Below, one piece after another: positions 50,601 through 63,200 of a DNA stretch of 64,000 nt. Origin of the DNA: Camelus dromedarius (taxonomy: Eukaryota); NCBI RefSeq assembly GCF_036321535.1, contig NC_087437.1:71550001-71614000 (forward strand). Direction: 5' to 3'. The notes under the pieces were generated by a model. It was not told the origin of the DNA. It worked only from the letters and a program-made list of their open reading frames with translations, and did no database searches. Position 1 is the stretch's first letter, and every line of letters begins with the position of its first letter. The translations under genes were made by a program, and so were the position numbers.

Positions 50601-53600
50601 GAGATACATACTAGGAGGATGACATGGCGCTCACCCTTTGCTCTCCTTTATCCTTTATCCTGGACGATATAATGCTCCAAATTGGAAGGGGGACGAGTTA
50701 CTAAGACTCACCATGATATTCTGGACTGAGACAACGGAACATGGATAAGCCACTTCAGACATGACTTTAATGATAACTGAATCCACATCTTCAGGAAATT
50801 TGTATAGAAAATACTGAGAATGAGGAAAAGAAAGACAAGACTTGTTAATGTTAAGAAATGTTTACAATCACGAACTCAAAACTGTTTTCACACGAGTAAG
50901 AGTAATATTGGGCACGAAGTTCAGCTGTGAATCTCAGTAAGCCTCCAGTGTTTCTGTCAGCCATTCATCTCTTGCATGTTGAGAAAAAGCTCTGTGCAGA
51001 GCTCAGACACTAGGAGTATAGCAGTGAACAAGGCAAAGTAGCCAGTTCATACAGTCTTGCCTTACCATTTTTATGGTCTTTTTTTCTCAACTGAACTTTG
51101 CTACATTTCATTCCAGTTTAGATTTAAGAAGATTTCCCCCTCCCTCTGGGCAACCTTTTGAATTAGAGATACGTGAAATGTAACAGGAGACAAGGTTTGC
51201 CTCTGTGTGGTCAGTTTGAAATATGAAGCTCCACCTTGAAAAGCAGATAAGCCTGTTCTTCAACAATCTTAACCACCTTCCCATAGGCAAAAATTAGCAC
51301 TGGTCCTACCCTTCCTCTAGACTTCTTTTTTTTGCCAAAGAATCTATTTTCTGGCTGGAATATAATGAGATGACATTTAGACTCAAAAGACCAGCCCTTA
51401 CATCTATGCCCCTGAAATATGTTCACAATTTTGGGCAGGCTGAGAAAAGTATTGAAAAGTATTTCTCATGTATCACCAGAATAAGGAAACATTTATAATA
51501 GGGATTATACTAATTATATACTTATATTATAAATCCACTGAAAAAATTTATTAACTCTGAGTTTTAAAGATGTTACTAACAATGAAGGAAGGGGACTTCT
51601 GCCCAATAATTACAAATATGGTAACAGGCTGACAAGCTCGACATGAAATACGTGATGAAGATTTTGAGGAAACCAGATGAAACAAGCCCCTATCCTAGGA
51701 CTTTAATAAATTTACCACATTAAAGGAGAGGCAAAACATGGTAAACTTAATTTTGCTTTTCAACATCCTCTTTATTAACCTTATTCTGAGAACCAGAGCA
51801 ATAAAAATAGAACTTTTTCAATAACCCAAAGCCTTCTGATAGGGAAAAAATAATCTCAAGATTAAAGAGTGTCATCAACGCTGCTGTCTGGAAGTCTGTT
51901 CATGCCTCGTAGCAGATGGCAGCGACACTCGCAAGAACCCGCTGCATTTTGTGCTTTCAGTTTGGAGCTTGATTCAAATACATATAATACAGGGCTCTTC
52001 TGAAGGTGAATACTCTGTAATTCCCCACAGGTATTCTTGGTTCTTAGGGAAGCCATACTTTGTGACTCAAAAGCATTATTATGGTTACTATTAGCAATAA
52101 TGAACATCATATATATTCAGATATGGTTTTGTGCAAAGAGTAGACATCTACTGAAACTTTATCTATATGCCAAAGTATTATCAATCTTCTTTATCTCTAA
52201 ATTACCATAACCCTCCCCACCAAATAAACCCCTTGCCTTGATAATTACCAGAAAGAAGCAAATGACAAAGATGCAAAGCAATGTCTGGAATTTAGGCTGA
52301 AAATCACCATCTTAAACCCTGATTACCTACCCAGTTTCTGTGACCTGCTTCTCTCTACAGGAATAGAGGCAGACAGTGGTGATGCAGATTGTCTGAGTAT
52401 GTGCAAGAGTTTGGGTGAGTTTATAGGAACAGAAAATTTTTCCTACAATTGAAGAGGGTATAAAAATATAGGCCAAAATGGGAACAGTTACAAGTAAAGT
52501 AAGACCTTCATAGATGTCAAAGAACTTCTATTTTGTTTCATTAATTTGTTCTAAGTATATTTTACTCCAGTTTGGGGTTTATATATAAATTATTTGGGCT
52601 TTAATGTTTAATACTTTTTTAATACAAAGAAGCTATGATACATAGTCATCACTGATTTTCAGTCTACAAACTGAAAGTACGTTACAACATTCAGTACATC
52701 ATATTGTCTATAGGTCTGTGCAGGACTATTATACTGTACTGTTTCTGCAGTTGGGGTGCAGGTCGCTCCCGCCTGGCTTCTAGATATCTCCCATTGCACT
52801 TAGCAATGAGTGCTTTCAAATATTTCATATTTTAAGTGGCCAGTAACTTTGAAGGCAACGGACTGTGGACCTGTAGTCCTCTTCTGTCACTGGGTGGCAG
52901 TATTTATGCACTGTGGAGGCTTTCGCTGGTGGGAAATTTAACTCTGAAAGGGTGTGTGGGAGTCGGCTCATGCAGGTTTGGGGAGCTGATCGTGCACATC
53001 AGTCCCCAACTCAGTGTTCAGTGACTTGGCGCTGGCAGCCTGATATCGGCCATGGTGGAGGTATTTACACTGCAGAAATGGGCAAACGCTACAAATCAGG
53101 GCTTTCTCTCTGAGAACCCGTTGTTAAATATTTACCAGCTCACAAGTGGTTGTAATAGATTTATAACAGTGTGCATATAATATGTTAATCCCAGTTTTAG
53201 CATATCCAAAGCAAAAAATAAGTAGCCAAAGCTGCAGCCTACAGAATTTACAATAAATATCAAGACATTAAATAAATGTGTTTTAAGCTTGCTTTTGCAT
53301 AGACTTTACTCTTTCAGAAGCTATGAAAGGAAAAAGGAAGGTAACTAGAAGTGTCATTAGAAAAGCAGCCTGAATCAATCAAAATTTTCATCTGTTTATT
53401 CTATTTATGATTATAGTCTAATGGAGAACACAACACAAATATCAATTCTTCTAATAATTTTTATTATTAGACATTCCTATTCTTTCTTTATTACATAAAA
53501 AACTAATTTATTTTACCCATAACACTGTAGAAATGAAAATCTGTCTTACTTTTATTGTATTTCCAGATCAACTGACTATTTGTGTATCTGTTTATTGGTG

Positions 53601-56600
53601 ACCTTCCACTCCCTGTCCCCTACCCCCATCCAGATTATAAGGTCCGTGAAGGCAGCAGTTGCATCTCTCTCTTCTTCACCTTCCATCCCTGGCACCTAGT
53701 GCTTGGTACATAGTAGGCTCACAATTTGATGAATGAAGGTTGAGCCCAGGAACATCTGCAGACAAATGTCATGCCTCCTATTTCACACCAATTCAGGTGA
53801 TAAGGTTAAATACTGTGTCTAACATCCCAGTTACATGAACAACATTCCAAAATTACAAATATAGCTCAAGTTGTGAAAGATTAAGGGCAACACCACATGC
53901 TGATTCTGTTACCATGGTTTCTTTGGGTAACACCAACAGGTGGAATTATGATAACTTTGAAACCCTTCACTTACCTGAGGTTGAGAGGGGCTGGCAGTGA
54001 AGTGAAAGGCAACATTTGTCCTGAGAAATGCAAGGGGGAGAGGGAAAGAGGGAAAGTGAGAGAAAAGCAGAAGTTAGCGAGCAAAAATTATTTATTTAAA
54101 AGGATGCTATCTTAAACTAGATGCAAGTACAGCCCTACCATTTGTGAAGGGAATTCTGGGTCCATAAAAGTGACAAGTACACTGCATGGGAACTTGGTGG
54201 TTTCAATTCTCAAGAATGATCAAACTGGGGAAGGGATCAATTTTATGTCTTTATATACCCATGAAGTTATACCTATACAAGTAAGTACTTGTTTGCTTTT
54301 GTAGACACTTTTGTCTTTGGATTCTCTTAAGATTTTACAATCAAGCACAGAGTTTAGGTGTCAGAAGTGGGTTGAATGAGAGAGGAAAAGAGGGCTTGAG
54401 GTCCTTTTACATAATTCAGATAGCACTTCAAAATAATTCTGATGCCTTCATGGCAAAAGATCGTTTTTTAAAAAAATGTGGTGACTAGATAATCACCACG
54501 GAAGGGTCCCTAGGAATAGGAGCAAGCTCTTCCTGCCCCTGGTCACCCCCAAATTGTCTCCATTTCCATCCAAGATTGTGTCTCTTGGGGCTAGGCATTA
54601 CCTTCTAAGACCCTTCTTAAAATGCACATGCCACCAAAAGAATATAATGAAGTTACTTTCTCTCCAATTATTAATTTGCTGTGAATTATTTTATTAGATA
54701 TTTCCATTCTTCTGGGAAAGACAGCAGTGAGCCAGCACTGGGAAAAGGAGAGTGTGAGGAGCGTGTGGGACGCAGACATCTGTAGCCTAGGGTGCAGTTG
54801 GAAGGAACGTATGTGAAGCAGTTCAAGAGGCCGGAAAACACAGTGACAGATTTGGTCTCCTCTATAGTCACATGAGGGCTGCTTTTAGGCTTTTGTTCTC
54901 TCTGGTTCTTGCCTCACCTTTAGTTACGAAGATCACTCTTACATGCCCACTGCCCTCTCAATGCCTGCATCTGGGGAATGGCATGACCCCAGCCCTCCAG
55001 GGTGGCCTGCATTTCTGGGAACCTGAACTTGAACTTCTCCTGGGCCCCCTCCGCAGCTTCACCCCTTGATTCACTCTAAAGAGTCTTTCTTTCCATTCCT
55101 AATTTTCCTTTTATAGAAATTAAACAGTTTAACAAATTTTTATTAAAGATTCCTTTAGAAATGGCGTGCCAAGATATTTAAGTAGGAAGTTTGTAATTGG
55201 AGGTGCTGTTTAGAAGTCATAAAATTTGAGCACTATTTCTAAAGGTAATGACAATTTAGGCTGTCAGCAGACTAGGCTTAGAATTTAGCAATGGGTGCAA
55301 TGTTTATATATCCACTCTCAGCAGAAATCATCATCAGAGTCAAGGATTGGTTCTGCTGAAGCACGGTTATTAACACTTGGCCTAAAGTCACCTAAAGAAG
55401 CCAAAGTCGACGTCCAATCCAGTTGTGTGTGTGCTCCCGAGATTCCGCAGCCAAAGTCAGGCCCTGAGGTGCTGTGTGTGGCTCTCAGCAGTGTGGGGAG
55501 TGTCATCTCCTGTTACCAGGGCAACACAGGGCCCTCAATTCTGTTCGTTGCCAGGTCAGGGGAAAGAAGGGGATGCTGATTTTCTTGGCTAGCAACAGAC
55601 AGCATGAGATTTCCAGAAGCAAAGAGTTTTCTTTGGCCAAACATTTGTTTTTAAATTCTCCCCTGTCATTTGAATTCCTGTTGTAACATTGAATGTATGG
55701 ACATCAATATGAATTTTCTGTTTTTTTTTCCCTTATTCTTTATGTTTTATTCACTAGTACAACACATGCAGACTTTGAAAACACATTCTTTTAAGACTAT
55801 CACACTGAAGTCTTCTCTTTCTCATGGAGTCAACAGTGTGTAAAATCAACACAGTGTCTGTTGCAGATGAAAGGCTCTGCTTCCTTCCCTCAGGGCCTTG
55901 ACAGAGGTGGGGGAGGTTTATTTTATCAGGGGTCATTAGCCAACAGAGCAAATCTAACTGAGACACATGTATACCTTTAGTTTTAGAGAAAGAAGTAGAA
56001 AAAAATTCAACTTGTTTAAAAAAAAATTAAGCACAGGAAACAAATGTTTATTTAATAAATAAGAAAGCCTAAAAGCTGACTTTGTGTCCTCCTGCTGGCT
56101 AGCTGGAGGGAGAGGGAAAGAGGAAAGGAACAGAGGGCAAGAGAGATGGGTGTGCAAGTAAGGGATGCAGGAGGAGAAGAAGGAGAGGGGCCCATAGGGA
56201 GGCAGCGCAGAAATATATACAGGCGGGTAATAAAGCCCAAAAAAAAGGAAAGGGGGATGGGAAGCAGTAGTAAGTGGAAACACAGGCAGAGACCAAAGCT
56301 AAGTCATTTTTGAGGTGAGGACCAGAGAGGACTGTGAGATTCAGAGCATCGTATTCATCTTACAATAGCAAAGCCCCCAGCACTGAGCACAGTGGCCGCT
56401 CAAAACCCTTTGTTTGTTGAGGGAAATTACACCAGATTGTGCACTTGGACTATGGACTTCAGGGTATCATTTCCTGTTATCTCCTTACTGCCTGCCATCT
56501 GTCATGAACTGCCTTTGCTTATCCCAAATCTTCCACCAACCCTCCATCACCTGTACCCCTCCACCTCATTGCTCTGGTCCAAGTATGAACTCTGCATGTG

Positions 56601-57207
56601 CTAAATACTGACCTTTCTTCCCTTCTCTGGGACTTTGATTCTACAAAAACCCAACTCTCCTATAAATTTTATCTGCCTTTCTACCCCTTGGTTTAGAAAT
56701 ATACTCTAGTCTCAACCATTTTCAAAGTAAATAACCAACAAAAATAGCCCAACAAAAATTCCCCTCTTTTCCCTAATTTCCCTCCTTTGATGTTCTATAG
56801 CCTCCCTCTCCTTCACAGACCAGCCTGGTAAAAGAGTACTCTGCTCTCATCTCTCATTCATTCTTTCCCTGCCATCCCCCTGAGGCTGCCAGTCACCTTC
56901 TAATGGCTAAATCCAGTGACTTAATCCTTATCTCTCTTTACCTCTCTGTGACAGTGACATTTGACACTGACAACCACTCCCTCGTCTTGGAACTCTTTCT
57001 TCCTGTGGGCTCTGAGACACCTGATTTCCTGGGTTTCTCCTACACATCTGGCTATGCTGACTCAATTTCTTCCAAGAATTCCTGCTTTTCAGACCATCCC
57101 TTAACTGAGAATGTGACCTGCAGTGATATTCTTGATCTCATTTTCCATCACCACATACATTTTCATTCCTATATGTATAGTTATATATATTAAATTGCCA
57201 TTAAAGT

Positions 57208-57246
<39 letters not shown>

Positions 57247-60200
57247 CAGTTGTCAAGAAAACCACACCAATTCCAGTGAACCTCAAGCCTCCATGTTCAG
57301 CCCAGGGCTGTCTCCTGAGCTCCAGTCACAGAAGAGTGATTATCTGCTGGGCTTCTGCACTTGACTGTCCCTCAAGAACCTCAAACTCCATACGATCAAA
57401 GTGGAATGTATTATCTTCTCCCTAACCCTGACCTGCTACGTCTCTTAGTAAGTCATTAGATGACTAATGACATCATTGTTAGAGTCATCTTGGACTCCCT
57501 GTTTTTTTAATCAACTTCCACATTTGATTGCTCACCAAGTCTTAAAGATTCTATTAGTATAATAGTAACCTGGATACACGTGCTTCCACCTGAAGCACCT
57601 CTTTGCTCAATAGAGCATCCAATAAGAAAAAAAAATTGAAAAGTAATGTAAATCATTACTGTAGTCTACCCCCCAAATACTAAAGAGTGATTACATAATA
57701 TGACACATAGCAAAATGTTATAAAAGCCTTTTCACTCATCCATTTTCTAAAAAATCTCTACTTTTCACAGCATAGTAGCTGAGCTATCGCACTCAAAACT
57801 CTCTCTCAAAACAAAGTGTCAAGATCTTCACTTAGTAGGCTAGAGGAGGGTTGAAGGCTGCAAGTACTCTTGTGGGACTGTATTTTTGATTCTGCTGCAT
57901 ATATTTTTTGAATTACTAAATTATCCCCATGTGTGTATTTGCCTCTTCTCTCTCCAGTTCATCTTCCACATGGTCACTAAAGTCATCTCTAAAAATCAAA
58001 TCTGTTCATGATATTCTGTTGCTTAAAATCCTTTAGTGGCTCCCATGATCTAAAAGGTGAAGTCTAAACTCCCTGGTGCAGCATACAAGATCTCAGAGAT
58101 CAAGGGCTGAGTACTGCCTGTCTCTCCCCTTATCTCGGGTAACTCCGCCTCAGGCATCGCGTGGCCCAGCCTTCTTAAAGCATTTCTACTCAGCCGGCTC
58201 TCTGTAACTCAGCTCTCTCTCCTGATCGTCATGCTGGTATATGTTCAATACTCTGCTGGGCATCTGCACAAGTTCAACATGTCCCAAAGTGAACTGATCT
58301 CTTCCTCCCCTCCTCAAAATTCTCATCTTTTAGTGGCACCGCCATCGACAAATTAGAAGGTCATCTTTGACTCTCCCGTTTCTCTTGCTCCTCGTATCCA
58401 ATCAAGTTTTGTCAATTTCACCTCCAAATTCTTCGACTCATCTCATTATTTATCTTGACCACTGCATCACCTTCTAATTTCTCTGCGTCTGGTCTTGTCC
58501 CCTTTGAATCCATCCTCCACACAATGGTCACAATTTAGACAACTATCTGCATTTCTTAACAGCCCTTCCAAGCTCCTCTCACCCCAGGATCAGGTGCCTG
58601 CCAGTCCCTACAGCCTCCTGCCCTTCCCTGTCTGCAACGTCACACTCTGCAGCACTGAACACCAGGGCAGTGGGGTCTGGGAAAAGGAGCGGTGGCAGAG
58701 CTGGTGTATGTGTATGTGGAGGCAGGTAGGGGAGAGTTAAGATGGCAAGGAGTAATGCTTTAAGGCAGAGTTTTATTTTTTAAGCAGGATTTAAATAAAT
58801 ACTTCATGGAATTGAGAAACATATTTAGGGCAACAAAAATTAGGAGGACAATTTTCAACAGAAAATAGAAATAACATGTTACAGTGGGAAGAGCACAGAA
58901 CTGGAAGTCAGAAGGCAAATCTAGTCTTAATTTTGCCGTTTCATAGTTGTGTGTTTGGACAAATCATTTAACCTCTCAGGGCATGAGTTTGCTCACGTGT
59001 AAAAATGAAATGAGTGGATTTGATTTCCAAAGATCCTTCTGTTCTTAAGATTTATGATTCTAGAGAAAAAAAATCCCAGAATGTGTTTCATATACCTTCT
59101 ACTCTGCTGCTGAAAAACATACAGCAAGGACTGCAACGTGAGGCCAGATCTCACCACAGCCCTCAGTTCTGGTCTGTTTACCATCATCCTCTGGATTTCT
59201 GGGTTTCCAGCAAGGCTTGTATAGGACAATCCAGAGCCAGGGAGGAAGAGACACAAAGATCTCAGTTACCATCTCTTCTCAGGCTTATCTTAGTCTCATA
59301 AAAGCCCTGGTAACTGTGCATTTTGAAATTCTCTAAATGTCTGGTTGCTGAGGTCAAGTCACATTGTGAGAGATGGAAACAGAAGACAACATGAGGGAAT
59401 AGATTTGCAGTTTCACCACACGCATCTCATTCACTAACACTTGCACAGAGTTGTGACCTTATGACTTCAGTGTCACAGAATTCAGTTCTCCAAAGGGTCT
59501 AATTAGCCTCACAGATACCAGCCCTAGAATTCAAGTACACTGCTCCCAGGTGACAGTGACAGGTCAGATACAGAGACCAATTAGTAAAGCTAAGGCTTCT
59601 CTGAAGTTCAGTCTGCACTTCAGAGCAGTAATGTGCTGCTACCTCCTTCAAGTTACAAGCACAAATTCCCACATTATTTAATATCATAAACAAATTTACT
59701 ATTAAAACAAACATAAGCACCATATGTAGAAACTGCTCAAATGTACTTGTTCTTAACTCTGGCTGCAGATTAAAATCACCTGGGAACTTAAAAAATATAT
59801 ATTCTATAATGCTCAAACCTCCCTCCTAGAGACTTCGATTTAATTGATCTTTTTCTGTCTTTTTCTTCTGGTGGGTGGGGGGATTCTTTGCTCTTGAAGT
59901 TATCATGTCACTTTTTTCTACACCAAAATTAATGGAGTGACTTGGAAAAAATGCTGTAACTACTTCTCCATCTTTCTGATCTTTCATTAATCCACCTGTC
60001 CATCTATGGGTATATACTGTCAAGGGCTGTAGAGAAGACCAAGACAGATATTTGATTCCTATTAGCAACTCCACTGGCTACAGACTTCAGAATAAATTGC
60101 TTTATAAAATTTGAGGAATGCTTTGTACCAGAACAGAAAATTCTGATATGGAAAACAAGCTGCAAAAAAGTAGCATATAAATATTTTTAAATATTCTGAT

Positions 60201-63200
60201 TCTTCAAAAAGTAACTTTTTTACTGAAGTGTAACAAACATCTAGAAAAGTTAGGGAGTTGGTTCTTGGACACAAGTCCACCTTCTCCCCAGTTGCCAGCC
60301 TCCTGAATAAAGCACCTTTCTTTCCAACCAAAAAAAAATGCAAAAATCGTAAGTATATATCTAAATGAATTCTCACCAAGTCAGCATAATCATGCACCTC
60401 TTCTTTCTTGCTGAAAAGTATCACTGTCCTAACTTCTAACATTACAAAATAGTTTCACTTGTTTTTAAACTTTATGTAAATGCAATCAAACAGTATGTAT
60501 TTCTTTTGTCTGGCTTCTTTTGCTCAGCATTGTATTTGTGAGATTTATTGTTGTTAGGGACTGCAGTAGTTTGTTCATTTATATTATTGTGTGGTATTCC
60601 ATTGAATGAATAGCACAATTTTATATCTAGGAGTTGGGTATATAACTAGAGTGGAACTACATTGTTGGTTCTTTCAAAGTGTAGCAATTTGGGAAGCGCA
60701 GTGGGATCTCATTATAGGTTTAATTTGCATTTCTGATAGCTAATGAAGTTGTGTTTTTGGACCATTTGGATAACTTCTTTTGTGAAGTGTCTGTTCAAGT
60801 CTCTTTTCCATGGGCAAGCCATTTTAATTTTTTTTTTACACAGGTACAAAAATAATACTAGATATTTCAAATAACTGATTTGCGGTTTAGTTGATTTTGT
60901 CCATTGTCAATCTGTTCTATGTTTCATTGTTTTGTGCTTTTATTTTAGTACTTCCTTCTACCTTCTTTGAATTTTATTTTCAGTTCTCCAACTTCTTGAA
61001 ATGGTTACTTAACACCTTGATTTTGAGTCATTCTTCTTTCCTTACATATACATTTGAAAGCTACAGGTTTTTCTCTAAGCTGTGCTTTATTTGCATCTCA
61101 GAAGCTTGGATATTTTCATTATCATTTGTTTAAAACATTTTCTAATTTTAATTTTGATTTCTTTGACTCATAAGTTATTTAGAAGTAGACTACTTAACTT
61201 CCAAACCCTTGGGGATTTTCTAGATACCAATTTGTAGTTGATTTCTATCTGAATTCCATACACAAGGATTTCAGTCCTTTGAAATATATCAAGACATGCA
61301 CGAGAGCTTGGCAATTTTGGTAAAGGTTGCATCTACACTTAAAATGTTTAGGCATTCTATCATATTGAGATACAGTTTTCAAAATACATTAATTAGCTCA
61401 AGTTCATTAATTATGTTTCTTAGAGGGCCAGAATGTCTCCATCCCAACTACTCAGTTTTGGCATTGTAGTGTGAAAGCAGCCAGAGACAATATGTAAATG
61501 AATGGGTAGGGCTGTTTTCCAATAAAACTTTATTTATAAAAACCAGTGGCCAGTCTGTGGACCATAGTTTGCCAATGTCTGTTCTAATTACTGTATACTG
61601 TTATTCCTCATTTTTCAAAAATTTGCTCTATGCCACTTCTCTAGTTAGTACCTGCTTTCACTAACCAAAAGAAATCTGGAGAGTTTTGCTTTTACGAAAA
61701 AAGGTGAAAAGTAAAAACAGTACTCAGCGTTTGTTTTGCAGTGTGCACTCTGAGCAGTGATAGTGGAACTATACTCAGCATCTACGCACCAAAGCTGCCA
61801 TACCTTTGAACAGTGTCTGTGAGCATCTGTGCTTTTTCTCAATTTATTTTATGCATCCATTAGAAAGATGTATCCTAAGGGAATTGCTTCTTTGCTTTAT
61901 GCCAGTCAGCTTGTAAAAGGTTTGATAGAAATGCTCTACTTTCACATAGTGGGGGAATCTTGTATGTATATTTTAAAATTTGGCCCACTATTCTATTAGC
62001 TACGAAGTCTTTAACAGAGACGATGGATTTGTCTAGTTCTTTTTATTCTGCAATTTTGCTTTACATATTTTAAGTGACATTATGGGGTACATACAAATTT
62101 GGAATTTAAATTTGTCCTCTTGGTAAATGATTCTTTTAAAGATATGAAATACCTCTCTATATCCAGTAATGCACCTTGAATTAAGAAATATCTTGTATAA
62201 TATGACATACTGCACCAACTTTCTTTTGGTTAGTATTAGAGTGTGGTATTTCTTTTACTATCCTTTTATTTACATTTATACATTCTTTTTAAAAGATTGT
62301 ACTCTTGTAAGCAACATATATTTAGTATTTTTTTTCTGAATCTCATTTGACATTCTTTGTCTTTTACTTGGCATATTTGAGTCCATTTGTATTACACACA
62401 CACACATATGTGTGTGTGTGTGTGTGTGTGTATAAATATATATATAAATATATATATTTAATGGGTAAATATAAACATTGATTCCCCATCTGAGATTCTT
62501 CTGTCTCTGTCCCAGAGTTCTAGTGAGAGGTCCAGGTCACAAGATTGTTTTCTCAAGTATATTTTCTGCTCCTAAGATCGCCACAGTTTTGCCTCAGAAA
62601 ACCTATTTGTTCCACTGAAGCTGAGTCTGGCCTTGCACCCAACTGAGTGCCAGCCTCAACTCTGAGCAGGGTCCAGACTCATAGGCTCCAAAATTCTTGC
62701 CCATAAGAAGCCAGAGCTACAGAAGAATAGGTGATACTGGGGACAGGAGCCAAGAGCTTGCCTGTTTTTTCTTATTGATTTCTAGGGGCTCTGTATATAT
62801 TCTGCATATGAGCCCTTTGTCAGTTATGTGTGTTGGAAATATATTCTCTTGTCCATGGCTTGTCTTTTTGTTCTCTTAATGATACCTTTTGATGAGTAAA
62901 AATCCCAATTTTCATATAACCATTTAACAACACATCTTTTAAAAATTTATTTAAAATACAGAGAGGGGAGGAAATGGTTTGAACTCTTGAGAAGGCTTAG
63001 AGTAGGACAGGACTGGAAACTCCCTGAATTTTCTGGCCCTTATGAAGGAATAACCTTAGCCTCTCTGTTCACATTTTCACACAGATTTATGCAATATTTT
63101 ATAGGAATAACGTAGATTCTTTAGAGACCATGCCCTCAACTGAACTTTATTATACTCCATGTCTAATATAAACAATTTGAGATGCTGTATCCCAACTGAT

